A stretch of DNA of 64,000 nucleotides from an uncultured bacterium. GTDB taxonomy: Bacteria; Patescibacteriota; Patescibacteriia; CAIQCM01. A program made the translations under genes and the position numbers. Shown piece after piece: positions 38,917-49,221 of this stretch (position 1 is its first letter; each line of letters starts with the position of its first letter). Below the pieces are notes generated by a model. The model was not told the origin of the DNA, ran no database searches, and was given only the letters and a program-made list of their open reading frames with translations. The DNA lies in contig OY970181.1 in NCBI GenBank assembly GCA_963708045.1, positions 195,740 through 259,739 on the forward strand, in the 5' to 3' direction.

Positions 38917-39416
38917 GAAACAATCCTTCCTCTGGGTTTTAACGATCCGAAGTTTGTAAGAGAACATTTTGTTCCCAAGAAACAAATGTCTTGCAAAAAG
39001 AGTCTTAAAACACGCATTTCTAGAGAACAAACTAAATAATAATATAGCACGAAATAGCGATTTTGTCAATCATTATAATATCAAAATACGCTTCCCAGCG
39101 AGGAAGCGCATTTGTGTGAGGATCGCTGAATTTACTAAAGAACAAAAAATAACGTGCTTGGCGAACCTGATACCGTTTTTGGTTTCGTCGGATTACCGAC
39201 AAATGAGCGCAAACCGGAGAAACGCTCCAGCCAGCCATCCGATGGATCCAGGAGAATAATCTCCTGCCGCCCCGCGCCTCGAGCGGAGCAGACGACGTCG
39301 TCGTCCGCCAAGCACGTTTTTACCCTAACACAATTAAAATATCTCGCCAAACAAAAAACTCCGTATCTTGTCGGAGTTTTTTAGGCAATAATTATATGGT
39401 AATATAGAATACTGAT

Positions 39417-40064
39417 GTGGGAATTAAATATAGTATCAACGAGACGTTTTTTACCAAATGGTCATCTAATATGGCTTATGTCTTGGGTTTCTTTTGTGCC
39501 GACGGCACAATGATTGATGACAAGATAAGCCGTGGCAAATACGTTCGTTTTATTAATACAGATAAAAATATTCTGATAAAAATTAAGGAGGCACTTAACT
39601 CCGAGCACAACATATATACAACCAAGGCTACAGCAAACCGTAAGGCTAAATACGTATTGAGTATTGGAAACAAAACTATTTATTCAAGTCTGATAGTTCT
39701 TGATTTAACGCCAAATAAATCATTGGACATTGCACCGCCGTCGGTTCCCAAACAATATATCAACGATTTTGTTCGTGGATACTGCGATGGCGATGGTTGT
39801 ATATATATTGAGAAACAGAGCAATACACTTAGGCTGATATTTACTTCTGGAAGCTCAGGTTTTCTTGTCGGTCTTGCGAAAATGATTACATTAATGAGCG
39901 GTGTTAGTATTAAAAATATATTAAACAGCCACCGAAGCTACCAATTGCGATACACACAAAACGACGCCATTACTATACTTCGTAGTATTTACAAAAATAC
40001 AAAATCTGGTCTATACTTGGAACGGAAAAGAAAAATATTCCAAAAATTTATTAAAAACAGATAA
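39417..40064 (+). CDS. double-motif LAGLIDADG homing endonuclease
   Basis: Two motifs, LGFFCADGT and RGYCDGDGC, about 100 aa apart. 215 aa. Ends 4 nt before tRNA-Cys. Confidence 0.7.
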   Translation: MGIKYSINETFFTKWSSNMAYVLGFFCADGTMIDDKISRGKYVRFINTDKNILIKIKEALNSEHNIYTTKATANRKAKYVLSIGNKTIYSSLIVLDLTPNKSLDIAPPSVPKQYINDFVRGYCDGDGCIYIEKQSNTLRLIFTSGSSGFLVGLAKMITLMSGVSIKNILNSHRSYQLRYTQNDAITILRSIYKNTKSGLYLERKRKIFQKFIKNR

Positions 40065-40068
40065 TTTC

Positions 40069-40142
40069 GGCCGCGTGGTGGAGTGGTTACACAAGGGTCT
40101 GCAAAACCCTGTACATCGGTTCAATTCCGATCGCGGCCTCCA
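40069..40142 (+). tRNA. tRNA-Cys(GCA)
   Basis: Acceptor ggccgcg/cgcggcc. U73 discriminator (a Cys identity element). Encoded CCA. Anticodon stem agggt/accct with loop ctGCAaa. T-arm atcgg-ttcaatt-ccgat. Short D-stem. Confidence 0.65.
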
Positions 40143-40320
40143 AAAAACGTCCACAACCTTCTTGTTTGGGCGTTTTTTGATACCAATTTGAAAATTAATA
40201 TCATTCCTGCAGTAAGCAGGAGACCAGAATAATCATTACGCTGGGTCCCAGCTTACCGCTGGGATGACAACTAACCAAAAACACCCCACCTAATATAAGG
40301 CAGGGTGTTTTTAAAATTCT

Positions 40321-40821
40321 TTACAAAACTTCAATCGTCAAATGGCGGAGACCAAAGGCGACGGCGTCGCCGCGTTCTTCCATCCAGATGTCTAAGCGGT
40401 CGTCAAAGCGCGTATTCATCCGGTCGGTTACGACGAACACTTTGTCGCCGAACATTTCCGGAATCCGAACGCGGGTACCAAACCTTAACCAATTAGCTGC
40501 AACAATACCGTCGCGAACATGCGTGCCGTTTGCCGTAATAAACGGCGTATCGTCGCACTGGTCAACGGTAGAAGAATAAGCCGTTACCGTCCGAATCGTC
40601 GTATAACGTTCTTCCGCTTGCGTTTGACGAGCCGGAATAAGGCGCGATTCGTTGCTTTCCGCGTCACGATCAGCACTAAAGATAATGCCATCCGCGAGCA
40701 AAACTGGAATTTCCGGGGCATTAAGCAAACCGGTCATACCCATGGCTTTAGCTGTCGCTGGATTGACGAGAAAGAGCAAAACCATTAAACTTAACGCGAT
40801 TTTTATTGAATATTGCTTCAT
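40321..40821 (-). CDS. secreted 3D-domain protein (MltA/YabE-type)
   Basis: Signal peptide, then TAYSSTVDQCDDTPFITANGTHVRDGIVAANWLRFGTRVRIPEMFGDKVFVVTDRMNTRFDDRLDIWM, the 3D-domain signature. Confidence 0.65.
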   Translation of the reverse strand: MKQYSIKIALSLMVLLFLVNPATAKAMGMTGLLNAPEIPVLLADGIIFSADRDAESNESRLIPARQTQAEERYTTIRTVTAYSSTVDQCDDTPFITANGTHVRDGIVAANWLRFGTRVRIPEMFGDKVFVVTDRMNTRFDDRLDIWMEERGDAVAFGLRHLTIEVL

Positions 40822-40921
40822 AAATCAAAGTCGCCAAAATCCATTGGCGACTGCGGGAATATATCATATTTCGCTGTTTTTGTCAATGGTCGGAAACAGG
40901 ATATAATGAGAATACAAAAAT

Positions 40922-43426
40922 ATGCCTTTTAGAAAAGATTTATACGTGCGTTGGGTTGATCGCAGTGAAAAACGTCCAAAAAAGGGGCGCGTTAAAAAAA
41001 TAATCATGGGTGTCCTCGCCGCCGGCTTTCTTTTGGCTGGAATTATCGCCGTTGGCGCGACAATTTTCTTTGCCACGACCATTCGTGACCTTCCCGACCC
41101 TAACAATATTGCGTCGCGCCAAGTTGAACAGTCAACCAAATTTTACGATCGCACCGGCACCCACCTCTTATATGAACTTCACGGCGACGAGCGCCGCACT
41201 GTTGTCCCGCTCGCCGATATTGCTAAAGATGCCGTAAACGCCACCGTTGCCGTTGAAGACAAACATTTTTACGAACACGGCGGTTTTCGCATAACCAGCT
41301 TAATTCGCGCAGTGCTGATTGATGTTGTTACCGGCAAAAAATCGCAAGGCGGCTCAACAATTACCCAGCAACTCGTTAAAAACGCCATTCTCACCAACGA
41401 AAAATCAATCGGCCGAAAAATCCGCGAACTTATTTTGGCTTCGGAAATAGAACGCCGTTTTAGCAAGGACGACATTCTTAAGATGTATTTTAACGAAATT
41501 CCTTACGGCTCAAACATTTACGGAATAGAAGCCGCGGCGCAAAATTTTTTCGGCAAAAAAGCCAAAGATTTAAATCTTGGCGAAGCCGCCCTCTTGGCCG
41601 CGCTCCCGCAAAGCCCGACATATTATTCACCGTGGGGTTCGCACCGCGAAGCTTTGCTTAATCGCTGGAAAATGATTTTGGATATGATGGTTGAACAGGG
41701 TTATGCGACCAAAGAACAAATCGCCGCCGCCGAAAGCGCTGATATTTTAAAAACGATCGTGCCGAAACGCGAAGCAATCGTGGCGCCGCATTTTATTTTT
41801 TACGTTCAGGAACAGCTGGCCGAAAAATACGGCGAACAAACGGTGGAAACTGGCGGCATGAAAATTATTACCACCATAGACTACGACAAACAGTTGGCCG
41901 CGGAAAAAGCCGTTGCCGATCACATTAAAGATATTGAAAAATTCGGCGGCTCAAACGCTTCGCTTGTTTCCATTGACCCCAAAACCGGACAAATTTTGGC
42001 AATGGTCGGATCGCGCGATTATTTTGACGCCAAAAATGACGGCGCCGTAAACGTCGCGCTTCAACCGCGCCAACCCGGCTCGTCCATTAAGCCACTTGTT
42101 TATCTGACGTCGTTTGTAAAAGGATACACGCCAAACACGGTGCTTATGGATGCCGACACGATTTTCCCAACGCCCCAAGGACCCTACGCGCCTAAAGATT
42201 ATAAGTTAAGTGAAAACGGCCCCGTGACCGTGCGCCAAGCAATCGCCGGCTCGCTAAATACGCCGGCCGTGAAAATGCTTTACCTAACAGGCATTGATAA
42301 TGTTTTTAATATGGCCGAAAAGTTTGGCTACACAACCTGGTCCGACCGCTCGCGCTTTGGTTTGTCGCTGGTGCTTGGCGGCGGTGAAGTCACACTGCTT
42401 GAACACACGGCGGCCTATGGCGTTTTTGCGACCGAAGGAATAAAACACCCAACCGTTTCTGTTCTTAAAGTTGAAGACGCCAAAGGCGCGACGCTTCAGG
42501 AATGGAAAGCCGAAGATGGCACGCGGGTTGTTGACGCCGAGATCGTCCGCAACATTACCGACATTCTTCAAGACGACGCGTCACGACAATTTGTTTTTGG
42601 CGCCGTAACTGGGCTCACCCTTCCCGACCGGCAAGTGGCAGCCAAAACCGGCACAACGAACGATGTTAAAGACGCTTGGACAATGGGCTACACGCCGTCG
42701 CTTGTGGCCGGCGTTTGGGTCGGCAATAACCACCCTAAAGCAATGCAAAAATCTTCGTCAGCCGTGATGATCTGGAACGAATATATGCGCTTGGCGCTTA
42801 AAGGCACAGCGCCCGAAGGCTTTACGCCGCCCCAGCCGATTGTCACTGGCAAACCAATTTTGGACGGCAGCAAAATGCCCGGCCAAACCGTGGTTATAGA
42901 TAAAATTTCCGGCAAACTCGCGACCGACTTTACGCCCGTGGAAATGCGCGAGGAGCGAACTTATAACGCCGTTCACGACATTCTTTACTACATAAACAAA
43001 GACGATCCGCGCGGACTTACCCCGCCCGACCCGACCGACCAAATGTATCAGCCGTTTGAAGATTCGGCCGCGCGCTGGGCAGGAAAAAACAATCTTATTC
43101 CGGCCGTGCCGCCGACCGCGTATGACGATGTGCATTTGCCCGAGGACAAACCAACAATTAGTTTTGCAAGCCCGCTAGACGGCAACGCTGTTTCCACAAA
43201 TTTTAGCGCCAGCGTCAACGCCTCCTCACGCCGCGGCGTTCGCAAAATAATTTTTGCGCTTGATGGAATAAAGATTGGCGAGACGAGCGGCTCGGGCACA
43301 GCCTTTTATGCCAACCTTATCGTTCCCACAGGAACCGAAAAAGGTTTTCACACCCTGACCGCCACCGCCGAAGACGATCTCTATAACTCCGCGTCGGTTG
43401 GTCTTAATATAAATTTCAATCCTTAA
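40922..43426 (+). CDS. penicillin-binding protein 1A (bifunctional glycosyltransferase/transpeptidase)
   Basis: GT51 motifs EDKHFYEHGGF and GGSTITQQL. TP motifs SSIKP, SLN and KTGTT. N-terminal TM anchor. Extra C-terminal beta domain. 834 aa. Confidence 0.9.
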   Translation: MPFRKDLYVRWVDRSEKRPKKGRVKKIIMGVLAAGFLLAGIIAVGATIFFATTIRDLPDPNNIASRQVEQSTKFYDRTGTHLLYELHGDERRTVVPLADIAKDAVNATVAVEDKHFYEHGGFRITSLIRAVLIDVVTGKKSQGGSTITQQLVKNAILTNEKSIGRKIRELILASEIERRFSKDDILKMYFNEIPYGSNIYGIEAAAQNFFGKKAKDLNLGEAALLAALPQSPTYYSPWGSHREALLNRWKMILDMMVEQGYATKEQIAAAESADILKTIVPKREAIVAPHFIFYVQEQLAEKYGEQTVETGGMKIITTIDYDKQLAAEKAVADHIKDIEKFGGSNASLVSIDPKTGQILAMVGSRDYFDAKNDGAVNVALQPRQPGSSIKPLVYLTSFVKGYTPNTVLMDADTIFPTPQGPYAPKDYKLSENGPVTVRQAIAGSLNTPAVKMLYLTGIDNVFNMAEKFGYTTWSDRSRFGLSLVLGGGEVTLLEHTAAYGVFATEGIKHPTVSVLKVEDAKGATLQEWKAEDGTRVVDAEIVRNITDILQDDASRQFVFGAVTGLTLPDRQVAAKTGTTNDVKDAWTMGYTPSLVAGVWVGNNHPKAMQKSSSAVMIWNEYMRLALKGTAPEGFTPPQPIVTGKPILDGSKMPGQTVVIDKISGKLATDFTPVEMREERTYNAVHDILYYINKDDPRGLTPPDPTDQMYQPFEDSAARWAGKNNLIPAVPPTAYDDVHLPEDKPTISFASPLDGNAVSTNFSASVNASSRRGVRKIIFALDGIKIGETSGSGTAFYANLIVPTGTEKGFHTLTATAEDDLYNSASVGLNINFNP

Positions 43427-43561
43427 CCAAATAACACCTTACACCAAACACCCAGCCCTCGTGCCGGGTGTTTTGCTTTATAAATTAGAAATTTAAAGAG
43501 GCCCGATTCCGCGTGCGGATTCAGACCTCTTCGTGTGCTTGAAAAAACTGTCAGGCTGTTT

Positions 43562-44371
43562 TTAGCTTACGCAAGACAAAGCTTCCAAAAGCGCCCCCCT
43601 TCGTCCCAAATCGTCAACCTTCCTAACCGATGAACCAAAGCTTTCCAAATCCTCCGAATTATGAGTCGCGGAATATACTTCCAAATAGATTAGCGCGGCC
43701 TCTTCGGCGCCAATCCCAGCCGCATGGGCGGTCTGTTTCGCGACAAACAAATCAAGCTCTTCGTGCTTTTCGCCAAAAATAGCAAGGTAGGCGCGTGCGC
43801 GAGCAAAGTGCTTTTTATGAATCCCTGGACATTTTTCCAGTCCATCGGCCATCCCGCGAACAATTGACCACGCGGGTGGGTCGTCCTGGAGCTTGGCAAC
43901 AGACAAGCCCGTCTGAAACTGCACCAGCGGCGAACCAAAGTCGACTGTGTTCAATATAGCCCACACCCTCCCCCATTGCTTAGTTTTGGCTAGATTTAGG
44001 ACAAAACCAGAGAAAATGCACGCACGCGTGAGCGAAAAATTGATTGTGCGAATGAGTGGAATAGCAAGATCTTTGTCGGAATATCCGTCCGGCAAAGACG
44101 TCTCGCAGACAACTTCTTCCAACACCCCAAGAAGACGTTTATGATGACGAACTGCCAAAAAAAGATGGCCCTTTTCTATCTCCACCATTCCTCTTCGCCA
44201 AGCCATGGCGTCACAATTACGACTATCCGCTTCATCGACTCGGACGATTGCCAAAAGAGCTTCTGCCCCTTCGGCTTCATCTTCTTGCATTGGAATGTTG
44301 TTGTAAAAACTTGCTACACTTATATCTAGAAGACTCTGCCAGGAACCTCTGATTTCTTTCAATGTACGCAT
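43562..44371 (-). CDS. hypothetical protein (GC-rich orphan)
   Basis: 269-aa ORF with no family recognised. Abuts IS copy 1. Confidence 0.4.
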   Translation of the reverse strand: MRTLKEIRGSWQSLLDISVASFYNNIPMQEDEAEGAEALLAIVRVDEADSRNCDAMAWRRGMVEIEKGHLFLAVRHHKRLLGVLEEVVCETSLPDGYSDKDLAIPLIRTINFSLTRACIFSGFVLNLAKTKQWGRVWAILNTVDFGSPLVQFQTGLSVAKLQDDPPAWSIVRGMADGLEKCPGIHKKHFARARAYLAIFGEKHEELDLFVAKQTAHAAGIGAEEAALIYLEVYSATHNSEDLESFGSSVRKVDDLGRRGALLEALSCVS

Positions 44372-44438
44372 CGGTCGCCTCCCTTGTTCTTCGTTTCCTC
44401 TAAAGCTAATTGCGTCTTATCTAAATTACGATAAAAAG

Positions 44439-45317
44439 TCAACTATTTGTACTAGACGGGTACATCGGTAACAAGTGCTCGTGCTTGTAGATGAAATTGA
44501 TCGGTGACATATACCCCAGGGTTTGGTGCGGCCGACGGAAGTTGTATTCGATCAGCCACTCAGTGAGCCGTCGGTTGAATTCGGCGCAGTCGTCGGTCAT
44601 GTTCCCGAGCTGAACAAACTCCTCTTGTAGGGTTCGGTTGAACCGTTCGTTCGTCGCGTTGTCCTTGGGTGTTTTGATCCGCGAATGATATTGGGGAATA
44701 TTTAGAGCAAGACACGCGTCAGCAAACCGTCCCTTGAACTCGCTGCCGTTGTCATGCCCAACGTTCTCTATCTTCCCATCAACGAGATGATGGAGGCGAT
44801 AAAGAAAATCGCGAGAATTTGATGAACTCTTTGACGTATACATCCGGGCAAAAGCTAGTTTAGAGTGTTTGTCGATGGCGGTGAAGATGAAACGCTTCTT
44901 GCTTTTCCAATAAATAACGACGGTATCGAGGCAGAGTAGAAACCCCGATCGTTTCTTGGTCTTGAGGTCGGTGATCTTCTTGCGTTTAACACTATTCTTT
45001 CGTTTTTTGTTGATCCTGGCTTGTTTTATTGGGTGGTAATAGAGACGGTACTTCTCAATAGTCTTCTGCACCTTCCACTCAGAAATGATCTCGTGATATT
45101 CTGTGTTATAGAGAGTGGCGATCTTCGCTTTTCCATAGCGGATATGCGTCCTCTTCAACGAAATGATTCGTTCAGCTTGGAGCGGGGTAATGGCCCGCTC
45201 TTTGCGTTTCTTGGGGGTACGATCAAGTTCTTCAAGGGTGCGGAGGTTGGCATCGTTAAAGCGTTTCTTCCATTTCCAAAAGGTCTTGGGGGCGATGCCA
45301 AAATGACGAGCCGTCAA
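44439..45317 (-). CDS. DDE (rve-family) transposase
   Basis: HTH FGIAPKTFWKWKKRF. DDE region DTV...HDNGSEF...NERFNRTL. 292 aa. The stop codon lies in the flank outside the IS end. Confidence 0.8.
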   Translation of the reverse strand: MTARHFGIAPKTFWKWKKRFNDANLRTLEELDRTPKKRKERAITPLQAERIISLKRTHIRYGKAKIATLYNTEYHEIISEWKVQKTIEKYRLYYHPIKQARINKKRKNSVKRKKITDLKTKKRSGFLLCLDTVVIYWKSKKRFIFTAIDKHSKLAFARMYTSKSSSNSRDFLYRLHHLVDGKIENVGHDNGSEFKGRFADACLALNIPQYHSRIKTPKDNATNERFNRTLQEEFVQLGNMTDDCAEFNRRLTEWLIEYNFRRPHQTLGYMSPINFIYKHEHLLPMYPSSTNS

Positions 45318-45577
45318 AAGAGCGTTGCCGCCGTGCTCCTCGTGCCAAAGGAACCAATCTAGTCAACGTCTAGCGGGAACGGAGATGCCGATCAGGTCGG
45401 CGACGGCGCGAAGGCGCGCCCGACGCGATTTAGTTAAAACGATACCGGGTTTGAAATACCCGCCGGTGTGGAACCAACGAAGCGTATGATTGCTCATAGA
45501 AAGATGAGTTAGATGGGTAACAGTCTCATTTTAACCCCATTCGAGGAGTGTTACCGATGTATCTCATCTTCTCCACT
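44448..45577 (-). mobile_element. insertion sequence copy 1 (~1.13 kb, rve/DDE transposase, IS481/IS3-like), 3-bp TSD ATT
   Basis: Near-identical to 51001-52131. Flanked by att|IS|att. Target ...gtcaact|att. Subterminal inverted repeats around tacatcggtaaca. Confidence 0.8.
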
Positions 45578-45637
45578 ATTTACCTTCCCCCAAGTGTGGG
45601 GGAAGGTGCCCGAAGGGCGGATGAGGGCTGTGAAATG

Positions 45638-45666
45638 TTGACAGAATTCAGCCAAAATGGTAGTAT
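45638..45666 (+). promoter_or_regulatory. sigma70-like promoter for rpsO (TTGACA-17-TAGTAT)
   Basis: ttgacagaattcagccaaaatggtagtat. It lies just past the IS end, preceded by the hairpin ccttcccccaagtgtgggggaagg. Confidence 0.5.
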
Positions 45667-45744
45667 TGTTTAATAATTATTTAATTAGTAGGACACTTGG
45701 TTAAACCGCCGGCGGCGATTTTACTCGGTTTCCCACACGAAAAT

Positions 45745-46014
45745 ATGTTAGACAAAAACGCCAAAGAGAAAATTATTGAAAAATTTAAGACGCACGCGAC
45801 CGACACCGGCTCGCCGAACGTCCAGGTCGCCATCCTTTCGGCTGAAATCGGCGACCTTACCAAACACCTTCAATCGCACAAAAAGGATTTTTCTTCGCGT
45901 CGCGGACTTCTTAAAAAAGTTTCCGAGCGCCGCCGTTTGCTTAAATATATGTCGCACGAAGACCCGAGCGGATACAAAAAGCTCGTGGAAGCGCTTGAAA
46001 AAACCAAATTTTAA
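45745..46014 (+). CDS. rpsO: 30S ribosomal protein S15
   Basis: ...TGSPNVQVAILSAEIGDLTKHLQSHKKDFSSRRGLLKKVSERRRLLKYM... is an S15 match. Confidence 0.85.
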   Translation: MLDKNAKEKIIEKFKTHATDTGSPNVQVAILSAEIGDLTKHLQSHKKDFSSRRGLLKKVSERRRLLKYMSHEDPSGYKKLVEALEKTKF

Positions 46015-46133
46015 TTTTTTATTTTTTAATTTAATTGGAGACAGAGAGATTAGAGATTAGAGATTTGAATGAAGAAGTCGGACGACGTTCTTCTAAAATC
46101 TAATCTCCAATCTCTAATCTCAATAATAAAACA

Positions 46134-46775
46134 ATGGCCGTCATCAAACACCCGGAGCAAAGAGTCGGAATTTTTATTGATACACAAAATATGTATCACT
46201 CGGCGCGCGATCTTTATAACGCGCGCGTTAATTTTGGCAAGTTGGTTGAAGAAGCAGTCGGCGATCGTCGCCTTGTCCGCGCTATTGCCTACGTCATCAG
46301 CACGACCGGCGGCGAAGAAAAACCGTTTTTTGAAGCGCTTAAGCATGCCGGCATTGAAACGCGCGAAAAAGATTTGCAAATTTTTTACGGCGGCGGCAAA
46401 AAAGCCGACTGGGACGTTGGTCTCGCGATTGACGCAATCCGCATCGCGCCGCTTTTGGACGTTGTCATTATCGTTTCGGGCGACGGCGACTTTTGCCCGC
46501 TCGTTGAATACTTGCGCAACCACGGACTTCAAGTTGAAGTCGCCGGCTTCCGCAAAACTACGGCTACCAAACTCGCTGAGGCGGCCGACGCCTTTACCGA
46601 TCTTTCCGAAGTCGCCGAAAATATTCTTATTCAATCAAATTCAAAACCGCAGGTTGAATTTTCCCGCCCCAAAACTGATTTCCCGAAAAAAGAATATCTC
46701 GCGCCGACCAGAGACAATCGTCCGCCTAGAAAAACCAATGTCCGTACCGAACGCAAACCAATTACTGATTTTTAA
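46134..46775 (+). CDS. NYN-domain (LabA-like) putative RNase
   Basis: IFIDTQNMY...ADWDVGLAIDA...VSGDGDF is the NYN/LabA acidic-residue pattern. Lies between rpsO and pnp. Confidence 0.65.
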   Translation: MAVIKHPEQRVGIFIDTQNMYHSARDLYNARVNFGKLVEEAVGDRRLVRAIAYVISTTGGEEKPFFEALKHAGIETREKDLQIFYGGGKKADWDVGLAIDAIRIAPLLDVVIIVSGDGDFCPLVEYLRNHGLQVEVAGFRKTTATKLAEAADAFTDLSEVAENILIQSNSKPQVEFSRPKTDFPKKEYLAPTRDNRPPRKTNVRTERKPITDF

Positions 46776-46928
46776 AAATAATTAAGAGATAAGATTTAGG
46801 AATTAAGAAAACGGTTATACGTTTCTTAATTCCTAATTCATAAATCTTAAATCTAATTAACGTGGCCCCCAAACAATATGATCTCTCGCAAGATGCGGGA
46901 AGTCAGCTGTTTGCGGGTCAAAAAATAT

Positions 46929-49172
46929 ATGACCCAGAAAGAATTTTCTATAGAGTGGGGCGGCCGAACGCTCACACTCTCTACCGGCTTACTCGCCAAA
47001 CAAGCGACCGCTTCGGTTGAAGCGCGCTATGGCGACACCGTTGTTCTCGCGACCGTCGTTCTCGGCGGCATTCGCGACGGCATTGATTATTTTCCGCTAA
47101 TGGTTGATTTTGAAGAGCGTCTTTACGCCGCCGGCAAAATCAAATCTTCCCGCTTTATTAAGCGCGAAGGCAAACCAAGCGACGAAGCGGTTTTAACCGG
47201 TCGTCTGATTGACCGTTCCATTCGTCCGCTTTTCCCGTGGGAATTAAAAAACGAAGTACAAGTAACGGTTACTTGTTTGTGCTATGACGAAGAAAACGAT
47301 CCCGCCACCTTGGGACTTATTGCCGCTTCGGCCGCGCTTCATATTTCGCGCATCCCGTGGATGGGACCGATCGGCGCTTCACGCATTAGCCGCGCCGAAG
47401 GCAAACTTATTTTAAACGCCTCGCTTATTAACCGCGACGCGGGTGATCTGGACATCGTTGTTGCTGGCACCAAAGACAAACTCATCATGGCCGAAGCGGG
47501 CGCCAAAGAAGTTTCCGAAGACGACGCCGTCGCTTCGGTTCGTTTTGGTTTAGAAGCCAACGCCGCGGTGGTTGAACTGATAGAAAAAATGCGCAAAGAA
47601 ATTGGCGTGCCTAAAGTTGACGTCAACGAATTAAATAACGAAACCGACGAAATTGTTGCCGCTAAAAAGCAAGCCTACGAAACGACGCGCGCTTTCTTAA
47701 TGCCAAAAATTGAAGAGCTTTTCTTTAACGCGCCCAAAGCCGACAAGGTTGAACGCGCCACGGCTAAAAAGAAGTTGCACGAACTTTTGGAAGCCGAACT
47801 TGAAACAAAAACTGCTGACGACGATGCGCGCAAACTCGCGCACTCGCAAGTTGAAGAAGTTATTGAAGAAGCGGTGACGACGGCGATTTTGGAAAAAAAC
47901 CGCCGCGTTGACGGACGAAAAATTGACGAGGTGCGCACGCTTGCGTCCAAAGTTGGTTTGCTTCCGCGCACGCACGGTTCGGGACTTTTTGAGCGCGGCG
48001 ACACGCAAGTTTTGTCGGTCGTTACTTTGGGCGGTCCGGGCGACGCGCAAATTTTGGACGGAATGGAACAGGCCGATCTTAAAAAGCGTTACATGCACCA
48101 CTACAACTTCCCTGGCTATTCGGTCGGCGAAGCTAAACCCAACCGCGGCCCGGGTCGCCGCGAAGTCGGCCATGGCGCTTTGGCTGAACGCGCGCTAGAG
48201 CCAGTTCTTCCGACCGTTGATAAATTTCCTTACGTCATCCGCGTTGTTTCCGAAGTCCTTGGCTCAAACGGTTCGTCCTCAATGGCCTCGGCTTGCGGTT
48301 CAACCCTCGCGCTTATGGATGCGGGCGTGCCGATTACAGCGCCGGTTGCCGGCGTCGCGATGGGCATTGCGACCCGCCACGGTTCCGATGAATACAAAAT
48401 CATTACCGACCTTCAGGATTTGGAAGACGGCATCGGCGGAATGGACTTTAAAATCTGCGGCACCAAAAAAGGCATTACCGCGATTCAAATGGACACCAAA
48501 ACGCTCGGCCTTTCAATGAAAATCGTTGAAGAAACTTTTGCCAAAGCCAAGGATGGCCGAATGAAAATTTTGGAAGTAATGGAAAAATGTTTGGCCGCGC
48601 CGCGCGCCGAACTTTCGGCTTGGGCGCCGCGCATTGAAACGATTATGATCAATCCGGAAAAAATCCGCGACGTGATCGGACCCGGCGGCAAGATGATTAA
48701 TAAAATTATTGCCGAAACCGGCGCGACAATTGACGTTGAAGATGATGGCCGCGTCACCGTTACCTGCGCCAAGCCAGAAGGAATGAAGAAGGCTGTTGAG
48801 TGGATCAAGATGCTAACGAAAGAAGTCGTGGTCGGCGAAATTTATCGCGGCAAAGTTGTCCGCACAATGGACTTTGGCGCGTTTGTGGAACTCACACCAA
48901 ACCAAGACGGCATGGTGCACATTTCCCAACTCGCCCCATGGCGCGTTAACCGCATTGAAGACGTCGTCCACATTGGCGACGAAGTGCCAGTTAAAGTAAT
49001 TGAAATTGATGAAATGGGTCGCGTTAACTTGTCGGTAAAAGCCGCGCGCGAGGAATTAAAAGAAGCACAATTCGTAATGCCGGAAGGCTACGAGTCGGCG
49101 CCGCAGGCGCCACGCAGCCCGCGCCCAAGTTTTGGCGGCGGCTCTCGCGGCGGCCACGGCGGACGAAGATAA
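46929..49172 (+). CDS. pnp: polynucleotide phosphorylase
   Basis: Two RNase PH domains, then KH (GPGGKMINKIIAETG) and S1 (GKVVRTMDFGAFVEL) domains. The start is trimmed to MTQKEF. Confidence 0.9.
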   Translation: MTQKEFSIEWGGRTLTLSTGLLAKQATASVEARYGDTVVLATVVLGGIRDGIDYFPLMVDFEERLYAAGKIKSSRFIKREGKPSDEAVLTGRLIDRSIRPLFPWELKNEVQVTVTCLCYDEENDPATLGLIAASAALHISRIPWMGPIGASRISRAEGKLILNASLINRDAGDLDIVVAGTKDKLIMAEAGAKEVSEDDAVASVRFGLEANAAVVELIEKMRKEIGVPKVDVNELNNETDEIVAAKKQAYETTRAFLMPKIEELFFNAPKADKVERATAKKKLHELLEAELETKTADDDARKLAHSQVEEVIEEAVTTAILEKNRRVDGRKIDEVRTLASKVGLLPRTHGSGLFERGDTQVLSVVTLGGPGDAQILDGMEQADLKKRYMHHYNFPGYSVGEAKPNRGPGRREVGHGALAERALEPVLPTVDKFPYVIRVVSEVLGSNGSSSMASACGSTLALMDAGVPITAPVAGVAMGIATRHGSDEYKIITDLQDLEDGIGGMDFKICGTKKGITAIQMDTKTLGLSMKIVEETFAKAKDGRMKILEVMEKCLAAPRAELSAWAPRIETIMINPEKIRDVIGPGGKMINKIIAETGATIDVEDDGRVTVTCAKPEGMKKAVEWIKMLTKEVVVGEIYRGKVVRTMDFGAFVELTPNQDGMVHISQLAPWRVNRIEDVVHIGDEVPVKVIEIDEMGRVNLSVKAAREELKEAQFVMPEGYESAPQAPRSPRPSFGGGSRGGHGGRR

Positions 49173-49221
49173 ATAATAAAATAAAAACTCGTTCTGAAAA
49201 ATCAGAGCGAGTTTTTGTTAT

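Noticed and set aside
46069-46785. 238-aa ORF overlapping the NYN gene in another frame
   Set aside because: The alternative frame carries the NYN acidic motifs and a proper start after the intergenic repeat. The 238-aa frame is Arg/Ser-rich low complexity.
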